Assembly: GCA_003009755.1 (NCBI GenBank)
Contig: PXUB01000029.1
Coordinates: forward strand, 3,164 to 67,163
Source of the DNA: Thermoplasmatales archaeon SW_10_69_26
GTDB lineage: Archaea > Thermoplasmatota > SW-10-69-26
Length of the DNA stretch: 64,000 nucleotides
Reading direction: 5' to 3'
Part shown: positions 56,639-64,000 of the stretch, one piece after another
Position numbering within the stretch: position 1 is the first letter of the stretch
Layout: each line of letters starts with the position of its first letter
Notes under the pieces: generated by a model
What the model was told of the DNA's origin: nothing
What the model saw: only the letters and a program-made list of their open reading frames with translations
Databases searched by the model: none
Program-made: the position numbers and the translations under genes

Positions 56639-57106
56639 CTAACCTCCCGAGGCCCTCATCCGAGCGGCGATGACGCCGTTGATCACGAGCTCGACGCCGC
56701 CCTCGGCGCCCTCGACCTCGACGTGTTCCTGGGGGGCCGCCGCCGGCAGCACGGCCTGGCCCTCGGTCGCGTTGAGGTAGGCGTCCGGCGTCTCGAAGTC
56801 CAGCGGGATCAGCCGGTAGGCCTGGCGCTTGACGTAGGGGATGGGCTGACCTTCGGCTCGCGTCGTGATCGTGACGCGGTCCCCCGGCTCGAGGTCCGTG
56901 TTCTCCTGCAGCGCCTGGCGGTGGAGGCCGAGCGCGTCCTCCGGCAGCTCCTCGGAGAACCCACCGAGCACCGTCAGGTAGGCGTGCCGCGTGGTCTCGA
57001 CGGGCCAAGGCAGGCCGCCGAACTGGTAACCGTCGATCTGGTCGGGGTCCGAACACCAGGCCCCACTCGTTCGACGCTCGCCGTCGGGGTTCCGGGGCAG
57101 CTCCAT
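56639..57106 (-). CDS. Hypothetical protein (155 aa)
   Basis: ATG about 27 nt after CCTTAAC; genome-like codon usage; no motif recognised. Confidence 0.7.
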   Translation of the reverse strand: MELPRNPDGERRTSGAWCSDPDQIDGYQFGGLPWPVETTRHAYLTVLGGFSEELPEDALGLHRQALQENTDLEPGDRVTITTRAEGQPIPYVKRQAYRLIPLDFETPDAYLNATEGQAVLPAAAPQEHVEVEGAEGGVELVINGVIAARMRASGG

Positions 57107-57207
57107 CGCGTGGTATTGTCTTGCACGGACGGGTTAAGGGTTTCGAAAAGCCTCCGAGTTCTTTCCGCACGAACGCCACATCGGGCTGATAGCACGATGT
57201 TGGTTCG

Positions 57208-57978
57208 TCATACGTCCGAAACGGGGGGCCGAGCCGGCCGACGGCGGTGGCCGGAGGTGCGCTGGCAGTCCGGGCACCAGAACGTGATCCGATCCCACTC
57301 GCCGACCCGAGCGCGTTCGACGTCGGCCCCGCAACCGGGGCACTCGCTGGCCCGGTAGATCCGACGACCCCCCTGGTTCGGGTAGGGACCGCCGCGCTCG
57401 TACCAGGCCTCGGTCACGGAGATCGCCTCCTCCAAGACCCGCTGGCGATCGCGCTCGGGGATCTCGCAGGCGGGCGTCCTCGGGTGGACGCATGCGTTGT
57501 ACAGCGCCTCGTTCTTGATGATGTTGCCCACGCCGCCGAACACCGACTGGTCCAACAGCACGCTGGCGACCACGTCCTCTCGGGCCGCCAGCGCCTGCAG
57601 CGCCCGCGCCTGATCGAAACAGGGCTTGAGCACGTCGCCGGTGGGATCGAGCTCGTTCGCGAGCTGGTCGGGCTCCCAGACCTTCGCCGAGCAGTTGTAG
57701 GTGGAGAACTCGTCCTCCTCGCAACGCAAGGAGAGGCGCGGCGGCTGGTCCTCGCGCCGCTCGTTGACCCGGTAGGTCCCGTACATGTAGAAGTGGAACA
57801 CGACCGCGGGCCCGTCGGTCTCGATCACCAGCCGCTTCTTGACGGGACGGACGGTCTCGATCGCGCGGCCGGCGAGCTGTTCGATCGGCTGGCGGGCGTT
57901 GCCGGCGACCTCCTGGATGCGCTGGCCCTCCAACGGCGACAGCCGGTCGGCCAGCGCGTGGATCGGGGGTCCCTCCAT
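57208..57978 (-). CDS. Fpg/Nei-family DNA glycosylase/AP lyase
   Basis: MEGP N-terminus, K.L, H..MYG, H2TH LLDQ.VFGGVGNI.K.EAL, zinc finger CPGC...CPDC. Confidence 0.9.
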   Translation of the reverse strand: MEGPPIHALADRLSPLEGQRIQEVAGNARQPIEQLAGRAIETVRPVKKRLVIETDGPAVVFHFYMYGTYRVNERREDQPPRLSLRCEEDEFSTYNCSAKVWEPDQLANELDPTGDVLKPCFDQARALQALAAREDVVASVLLDQSVFGGVGNIIKNEALYNACVHPRTPACEIPERDRQRVLEEAISVTEAWYERGGPYPNQGGRRIYRASECPGCGADVERARVGEWDRITFWCPDCQRTSGHRRRPARPPVSDV

Positions 57979-58113
57979 CGGGGATCGACTCCCGGCAGGC
58001 TCTCCTCCCTGTTAACCCGTGTGGGAACGGCCTTCCCCGCCGCCTGGGCCAGCCCAGGTCTCGCGGCCGAGCCACTTATCACGGGCCCACGGCCTCCCCT
58101 CGTCGAAGCCCGC

Positions 58114-59466
58114 ATGCCCGTGCACGACAGCATCCTCGACACCGTCGGCCGGACGCCGCTGGTCCGCCTGGACGAGGTCGTGGCCGAGGGGCCCGAGGTC
58201 CTGGCCAAGGTCGAGAGCTTCAACCCTGGCGGCAGCGTGAAGGACCGGATCGGTCGCTCGATGATCGAGGCCGCCGAGGAGGCCGGCGATCTCGAGCCCG
58301 GCGGCACGATCGTCGAGAGCACCAGCGGCAACACCGGGATCGGGCTCGCCATCGCGGCCACGCAGATGGGCTATGATGTCGTGTTCACGATGCCGGACAA
58401 GATGGCGGTCGAGAAGGAGCGCATGCTGCGCGCCTACGGCGCCGACGTCATCCGCTGCCCGACCGGCGTCGAGGCCGAGGACCCCCGCTCGTACTACTCC
58501 GTCGCCGAACGGATGGCCGAGGACCTGGACAACGCCATCTACGTCAACCAGTACTACAACGAGGCCAACCCCGAGGCCCACGTCCGCTCGACGGGGCCGG
58601 AGATCTGGGAGGCCACCGACGGCGAGGTCACCCACTTCGTCGCGGGCGTCGGCACCGGCGGCACGATCTCGGGCACCTCGCGGTTCCTGAAGGATCAGGA
58701 CCCCAGCCTGACGACGATCGGGGTCGACCCCGAGGGCTCGATCCTCGCCCACAAGCACGAGACCGGCGAGACCGAGCCCGATCTGGCCGAACCCTACCTC
58801 ACCGAGGGCATCGGCGAGGACCTGGTCCCCTCGACGGTCTGGTTCGAGGAGATCGACGAGTTCGTGCGCACCGACGACGAGGAGAGCTTCGCCATGGCTC
58901 GCCGCCTGGCCAAAGAGGAAGGCATCCTCAACGGCTCCTCGTGCGGGTCCGCCGTCGTCGGCGTCAACCGCGCGATCGAGCAGGGCCTCATCGACGACGA
59001 CGCCACGGTCGTCGTCATCCTGCCGGACACCGGCGAACGCTACCTCTCCACCGCCTACGACGAAGCCTGGCTGCGCGGCAAGGGCCTCATCGAACCGGCC
59101 GAGACCGTCGGCGAGGCGGCCGCGACCCCGATCCCGAAGGTCACCCCCGACGACGGGCTCGAGGCGATCTTGCGCGTGGCTCAAGCCCGCGAGGTCCCCA
59201 GCGTGCCCGTCGTCGAGGACGACGAGGTGCTGGGCCTGGTCGTGCTCGACGAGGTGTACGGCGAGCTGCTGCAGTCCACCCGACCGCGCGAGCGCAACGC
59301 CCACCAGCTGGCCAGCCAGACGCCGCCCAGCGTCGACGCCGACACCCCGCTGGGCTCGGCCGTCGCCACGCTGTCCAAGGAGCACACGCTCGTCGTGACC
59401 GACGAGGGCACCCCCCACGGCCTCCTGACGCGCGAGGCCGCGCTCCGCCACATGGGCCGCCTGTAA
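58114..59466 (+). CDS. cbs: Cystathionine beta-synthase-type PLP enzyme with C-terminal CBS domains
   Basis: KVESFNPGGSVKDR, ESTSGNTG, GVGTGGT, EGIGED, DTGERYLS plus a CBS pair. Confidence 0.92.
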   Translation: MPVHDSILDTVGRTPLVRLDEVVAEGPEVLAKVESFNPGGSVKDRIGRSMIEAAEEAGDLEPGGTIVESTSGNTGIGLAIAATQMGYDVVFTMPDKMAVEKERMLRAYGADVIRCPTGVEAEDPRSYYSVAERMAEDLDNAIYVNQYYNEANPEAHVRSTGPEIWEATDGEVTHFVAGVGTGGTISGTSRFLKDQDPSLTTIGVDPEGSILAHKHETGETEPDLAEPYLTEGIGEDLVPSTVWFEEIDEFVRTDDEESFAMARRLAKEEGILNGSSCGSAVVGVNRAIEQGLIDDDATVVVILPDTGERYLSTAYDEAWLRGKGLIEPAETVGEAAATPIPKVTPDDGLEAILRVAQAREVPSVPVVEDDEVLGLVVLDEVYGELLQSTRPRERNAHQLASQTPPSVDADTPLGSAVATLSKEHTLVVTDEGTPHGLLTREAALRHMGRL

Positions 59467-59480
59467 GCCGAGGTGGTCGC

Positions 59481-60551
59481 CTGGCCCTCAAGGACCGCGT
59501 CCTGGCTGAGATCGACCGCGAGGGCCCGATGACGTGCGCCCGGTTCATGGAGCTGGCCCTCTACGACGACGAGACGGGCTACTACATGGTCGACGAGGTG
59601 CGAGCCGGGCGCGAGTGGGTGACCGCGCCCACGCTGTCGCCGATCTTCGGCCGCGTGCTCGCCCGGCTCGTCGAACCCGGGCTGACCGGCCGCCAGGCAC
59701 CGATGCTCGTCGAAGCCGGCACCGGCGGCGGCGAGCTCGTCCGCGACCTCGCCTACGGCCTCCACGACGAGGCCCCCGACGTGTTCGGCGACCTCGAGCT
59801 GGTACCCGTCGACCGCAGCCCGAGCGCCCGCCAACGCTGCCGGGACACGCTCGAGGAGGCCGGCATCGACCTCGCCGACGTCGACCTGCGGGACACGCTG
59901 CCGGAACGGGTCGAGGGCGTGCTCGTCACGAACGAGCTGCTGGATGCCCTCCCCACGCACGTCTGCCAGCACACCGAGCAGGGCCTGGCCGAGATCCACC
60001 TCGAACCCGGCGACCCCACGCTGGCCCCCACGCTGCGCGGCCCCTCCCAAGAGGCGATCATGGAGCTGGCGAGCCGCTTCCAGACCCAGCTCGAGCCCGG
60101 GTTGCGCTTCGAAGCGCCGCTGGCCGCCTACGACTGGTACCGGGAAGCCGCCTCGCGCCTCGACGAGGGCCTCATCGTCACCGTCGACTACGGCGCCCGG
60201 CGCCGCAAGCTGCTCGAAGACCACCCCAAGGGCACGATCCACGCCTACCGGCAGGGCCAACGCGTCGAGGAGTTCTGGTACGACCCTGGCCGCATGGACC
60301 TCACCTACCGCGTCCCGTTCGACGAGATCGCCCGGGTCGGCGAGGAGGAAGGCCTCCAGACGCTCGTCTACGGCTCCCAAGGTCGCGTGTTGACCGATCT
60401 GGGCATCCGCGAGATGGCCAGCGAGGTCGGTGCCGGCGCCCCGCTGGCCGCCAAGAAGCTCGTCGACCCCGACGGCGCCGGCGGCACGTTCCGCGTGCTC
60501 GTGCAAGGCCGCGGCGTCGATCCCGACCGGCTGCCTCTCGCCTCACGATAG
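59481..60551 (+). CDS. MidA/NDUFAF7-family SAM methyltransferase
   Basis: GP....FME.ALY....GYY, TAP.LSP.FG, EAG.G.G, NELLDALP, DYG, DLT..V.F; start is CTG 59481 or ATG 59529. Confidence 0.9.
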   Translation: MALKDRVLAEIDREGPMTCARFMELALYDDETGYYMVDEVRAGREWVTAPTLSPIFGRVLARLVEPGLTGRQAPMLVEAGTGGGELVRDLAYGLHDEAPDVFGDLELVPVDRSPSARQRCRDTLEEAGIDLADVDLRDTLPERVEGVLVTNELLDALPTHVCQHTEQGLAEIHLEPGDPTLAPTLRGPSQEAIMELASRFQTQLEPGLRFEAPLAAYDWYREAASRLDEGLIVTVDYGARRRKLLEDHPKGTIHAYRQGQRVEEFWYDPGRMDLTYRVPFDEIARVGEEEGLQTLVYGSQGRVLTDLGIREMASEVGAGAPLAAKKLVDPDGAGGTFRVLVQGRGVDPDRLPLASR

Positions 60552-60634
60552 GGGCTCGAGGGAGGGCTTGGCCGGCCCAGGAGAGGCTTGTCTGTTCATC
60601 GTGAACAACCGACGAACCATCCTCCCGGACGTGG

Positions 60635-60841
60635 TTGGTCAAGGTGGAGTGGAGCCCCGTGTACATCGAACCCGACGATTCGGACGAGGAGACCAAGACC
60701 GTGAAGGTGAAGCTGCCCGCCGACCTCTACCTCAAGCTGCACAGCTTGAAGGTCCTCGAGGGCGGCACGATCAGCGAGCGCGTCGAGACGGCTCTCGACT
60801 CGCACTTCGAGGGCACGCCCTTCGCGGATCTGGAAGGCTAG
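60635..60841 (+). CDS. Ribbon-helix-helix-like small DNA-binding protein
   Basis: KTVKVKLPADLYLKL.......TISE.VE.AL pattern. Confidence 0.7.
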   Translation: MVKVEWSPVYIEPDDSDEETKTVKVKLPADLYLKLHSLKVLEGGTISERVETALDSHFEGTPFADLEG

Positions 60842-61160
60842 ACTGCCGGCCGTGCTTGGGTTAAGCTCTCGCTCGGCCTCAGGTGCGTGAAGGCAAGGAG
60901 CCGAGATGAGGGAGGGGCCGCAGGCCCTTTCGAATCGCAGGCGACACCGCCTGAGGGACGGAAGCCTCGCTTCGTCCAGGCAGTCACCTCCCGAGGGCGA
61001 CCCCCTGGGCGTCGGCCCGAGCCCCTCCGTCCATCGAGCTTCCATCGAAGAGCGGAGAGAGCCGAGAGCGTGCTCCTTCTGGCCGACAGGCCTTCCACTG
61101 GCTCAGGCCGACGCCAGAGGCGGGTAACCCTTTTGCCCGCTGGTGGCCATCCCCACCCCG

Positions 61161-61700
61161 ATGCCCCGACTGTTCGTCGGCGTACCCGCCCCCGGCTCGC
61201 TGGATCTCTCCGGCGTCCGGGGCAGCCTCGAGGACGAGGGTGGCGTCAAGCTCGTCGACCCCGCCAACTACCACGTCACGCTGGCCTTCCTCGGGGATAC
61301 CCCCGAGGGCCGGGTCGACGCCGCGCTGCAAGCGATCCGCGAGGTCGTCGAAGGCACCGGCGCCCACGAGGGCCGCGCTCGCGGCCTCGGGGCCTTCCCG
61401 AGCGAGGAGAACGCCAGCGTCGTCTGGACCGGCATCGAGGAGACCGAGCTGGACCCGCTGGCCAACGGCATCCGCGAGAGGCTGCGCTCGCGCTCGATCG
61501 ACGTCGACGACCGCAACGACTTCCACCCCCACCTCACCCTCGGGCGGCTGCGCGACAAGCGCGACATGACCCACCTGCTCGAACCGCACGCCTCCACCGA
61601 CTTCGGCGGCTTCCCCGTCGAGCAGGTCCACCTCTACGAATCCACCCTCACGCCTGAAGGCCCGGAGTACGAGATCCGCGGCACCGCCGAGCTGGGGTGA
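61161..61700 (+). CDS. thpR: RNA 2',3'-cyclic phosphodiesterase (2'-5' RNA ligase family)
   Basis: MPRLFV, HVTL.FLG, FHPHLTLGR, S.L...GP.Y. Confidence 0.95.
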   Translation: MPRLFVGVPAPGSLDLSGVRGSLEDEGGVKLVDPANYHVTLAFLGDTPEGRVDAALQAIREVVEGTGAHEGRARGLGAFPSEENASVVWTGIEETELDPLANGIRERLRSRSIDVDDRNDFHPHLTLGRLRDKRDMTHLLEPHASTDFGGFPVEQVHLYESTLTPEGPEYEIRGTAELG

Positions 61701-61704
61701 CCCG

Positions 61705-63090
61705 ATGGGCGAGGACTGGCGAGCGCGCGTCCTCTACGAGATCGAGCCGACACCAGCGGAGGATCAGGCCGTCCAAGAGGACGCCCGTGCCCTGGAGAAC
61801 GCCGTCGAGGCGTTCCTCGAGGAGAAGGGCTGGACGGGCGAGGCCCGCGTCGAGGGATCGCTGGCCAAGGGCACCTACCTCGCCGGCGACGCCGACATGG
61901 ACTGCTTCGTCGCCTTCCCCCCCGACGTCGACCGCGCCGAGCTCGAGCGCCGAGCCCGCGCCATGGGTGGGATCCTGCCCGACGCCGTCGTCGCCTACGC
62001 TGAACACCCCTACGCCGAGGGCACCTGGCGCGGCCAGGACACCGAGATCGTCCCCTGCTACGACCTCGACGACGCCAGCCAGCTCAAGTCCGCCGTCGAC
62101 CGCACCCGGTTCCACACCAACTACGTCAACGAACGCCTCGACGACGGGACCCGCCGCGAGACCCGGCTGTCGAAGGCCTTCCTCCGCGGCGTCGAGGTCT
62201 ACGGCGCCGAGGAGAGCGTGCTCGGCTTCTCCGGGTACCTCGCCGAGCTGCTCGTGCTCGGCCTCGGCGGGTTCGAGGACGTGCTCGCCTGGGCCCGCGA
62301 GGGCTTCCCCCACCCGCTGGAACCCGGCCCCGAGGCCCAGCGCCGCTTCGAGGAGGACCCCCTGGTCGTCGTCGACCCCGTCGACCCGACCCGGAACGCG
62401 GCCGCCGCCGTGGCCCGCTCGTCGCTGGTCCGCCTGCGCGAGGCCGCGGCCGCCTTCTGGGCCGATCCCGGCCCCCGGTTCTTCGGCGACCCCCCCCAGC
62501 CTCGCCTCGAGCCCGAGGAGGCCCACGATCGCTGCCAGGCCCGGGGGACCCGACCGCTGGCGGTCGAGATCCCGACCCCCGACGAGGAGCTGGCCGACCC
62601 CGTGCACGCCCAGCTGCGCCGGGCGTTGACCTTGGCCGTCGAGGAGATCGAACGCAAACAGGTCCCCGTCGCCGCCAGCGCCCTCCACGTCGAGACCGAC
62701 GACGAGGGCCGCCCCGAAACCGGCTGGCTGCTCGTCGAGGCCGAGGAGCAACCGCTCCAGGAACCGCTGCTCCACGAGGGCCCGCCGGTCCACGTCGGCG
62801 ACCACGCCGACAGCTTCCGCGAATCCTGGGAGGACGAGCCCCGTGCCGCCGGGCCCGTGTTCGAGGAGGACGGCCACCTGTTCGTCCGCATCGAACGCGA
62901 GGCCGTCAGCCTGATGACGATCGTCGAGCCCCACTTGCGCGGCGCGAAGGCGGGCAAGGTCGTCGACCGAGCGATCGAGGACGACGCCGTGCTGGCCCTC
63001 GAGGGACCCCAGGCCGTCGCTCGCGCTCCCGAGGAGCCGCTGGGGCGGCTGCTGGACCGTCGCCCTCCGTGGGAACGAGCCTCACAGTAG
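61705..63090 (+). CDS. cca: Archaeal class I CCA-adding enzyme
   Basis: GSLAKGTYL....D.DCF, AEHPY, VPCY, SAVDRTRFH, GFSGYL.ELL, DPVDP.RN.AAAV. Confidence 0.96.
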   Translation: MGEDWRARVLYEIEPTPAEDQAVQEDARALENAVEAFLEEKGWTGEARVEGSLAKGTYLAGDADMDCFVAFPPDVDRAELERRARAMGGILPDAVVAYAEHPYAEGTWRGQDTEIVPCYDLDDASQLKSAVDRTRFHTNYVNERLDDGTRRETRLSKAFLRGVEVYGAEESVLGFSGYLAELLVLGLGGFEDVLAWAREGFPHPLEPGPEAQRRFEEDPLVVVDPVDPTRNAAAAVARSSLVRLREAAAAFWADPGPRFFGDPPQPRLEPEEAHDRCQARGTRPLAVEIPTPDEELADPVHAQLRRALTLAVEEIERKQVPVAASALHVETDDEGRPETGWLLVEAEEQPLQEPLLHEGPPVHVGDHADSFRESWEDEPRAAGPVFEEDGHLFVRIEREAVSLMTIVEPHLRGAKAGKVVDRAIEDDAVLALEGPQAVARAPEEPLGRLLDRRPPWERASQ

Positions 63091-63216
63091 GCCGACGCCG
63101 GCCGCCAGGTAGGCGCCCGCGCCGGCGACGACCAGCAGGACGAGCAAGGCCGCCAACGCCCGCAGCGTCGGCCGGACCCTGGAGCCCGCGCCCGCATGAC
63201 CCGTGTTGCGTGACAT
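63082..63216 (-). CDS. Putative small single-TM protein (44 aa)
   Basis: MSRNTGHAGAGSRVRPTLRALAALLVLLVVAGAGAYLAAGVGLL; below the ORF-track cutoff; overlaps the cca end by 9 nt. Confidence 0.45.
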   Translation of the reverse strand: MSRNTGHAGAGSRVRPTLRALAALLVLLVVAGAGAYLAAGVGLL

Positions 63217-63423
63217 GGACGGAACTGGACGCCCGTGGTACAAGGGACCGCCGCAAGCGTTCCCTCGCCCCCGAACAGATGCGGTCCCGCGCTGGCTGGG
63301 CCTCGGACCGAAGGGCCGCTTGGCCGCTGGTGCCCTCCGGCCCAGAACGATCCGAGTCCGTCACCGGCCCGCCCGGCCTCGGCCGGAGGCTTTACAACCC
63401 CCAGTCGCTTGCGCGAGCCGCGC

Positions 63424-63801
63424 ATGGCCATGGCCGAGGCCGCCGAGAACGAGGAAGTGGACCCGGAAGGCGAAGAGGAGGTCCAGCTTCCCGAGCCCGA
63501 CTTCGACGATGTCGACCACATGCAGGAGGAGGTCGAGAAGGGCAAGCTGGCGGTCATGAACACCGGCTACGGCATCTTCCTCGCCGCGATCACGGTCGTC
63601 GTCCAGTCCCTGTACACCGTCGACTGGAAGGTCGGCTGGATCGTGCTCGCGGCCGGCGTCAGCCTGCTGAGCTACGTCTACCGGCTCGGCGGTGTGCGCT
63701 CCCACGAGTGGGGCGCCAAGGAGTGGCTGGCCCGCTACGTCACCCTGTTCTTCACGTACCTGGCGTTCTGGTACATCTTCTCGAACCCGCCGTTCGTGTA
63801 G
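63424..63801 (+). CDS. Conserved-type archaeal membrane protein (3 TM, NPPF C-terminus)
   Basis: ATG about 30 nt after CTTTACAA; acidic N-terminus; KEW...Y..LFF.YLAFW..FSNPPF. Confidence 0.82.
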   Translation: MAMAEAAENEEVDPEGEEEVQLPEPDFDDVDHMQEEVEKGKLAVMNTGYGIFLAAITVVVQSLYTVDWKVGWIVLAAGVSLLSYVYRLGGVRSHEWGAKEWLARYVTLFFTYLAFWYIFSNPPFV

Positions 63802-64000
63802 GCGAGAGGGCCCGGCGAGAGCCTTGGATCCGCCTCGACCCGGTGAAAGCGCCCGATGGAGGGAGGTCGAGCCGCCCGAGACGTGGAGCGGCCGCTGGCC
63901 GACCGTCGTGGGTCTGTCCGTGATCTCGGTCCCTCCCCGCGGTGCCGAGGCGCTGATCTGCTCCTTCGGCTTCCCCCCTTCGTGGCCCACGTCGAGGTCA

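Noticed and set aside
60860-61130. Possible MITE in the gap before thpR
   Set aside because: Only weak inverted similarity and no second copy in the window.
1-64000. CRISPR array or cas genes
   Set aside because: No run of equal-length direct repeats with unique spacers and no Cas motifs. The tRNA-derived repeats are consecutive, different fragments, not a repeated unit.

Overview
High-GC chromosomal window from an archaeon with a strongly acidic proteome. The conserved gene orders (rpl44e-rps27e-eIF2alpha-nop10-PAC2, priS-GINS, pyrH/Zn-ribbon-Rqc2-pelota, thpR-cca) show it is archaeal. The many LxGC lipoproteins, NosD-type beta-helix protein and S8-like proteins suggest a halophilic Thermoplasmatota-like euryarchaeote (inference). 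It carries about 65 CDS, mostly housekeeping, and two tRNAs (Pro-GGG, Leu-TAA). I found no CRISPR array, rRNA, integrase or transposase. The most unusual features are non-coding. (1) A complete second copy of tRNA-Leu is split into three ordered pieces by two inserts made only of hairpins. (2) At least four families of dispersed structured repeats occur: a ~220 bp multi-hairpin element in 3 copies, a ~160 bp MITE-like element in 2 copies (one apparently interrupting a lipoprotein signal peptide), a 94 bp two-hairpin unit with compensatory changes, and CACAGAG periodic repeats. Notable proteins include an orphan small-protein/DndD-like CxC ABC-ATPase/DndE-like cassette, a tandem pair of basic Snf7-like helical-hairpin proteins, an S8 protease with an internally deleted mini-paralog, a pelota lacking its C-terminal motif, and a cupredoxin-like domain with altered metal ligands. 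All family assignments come from motif recognition by eye; no database search was run.
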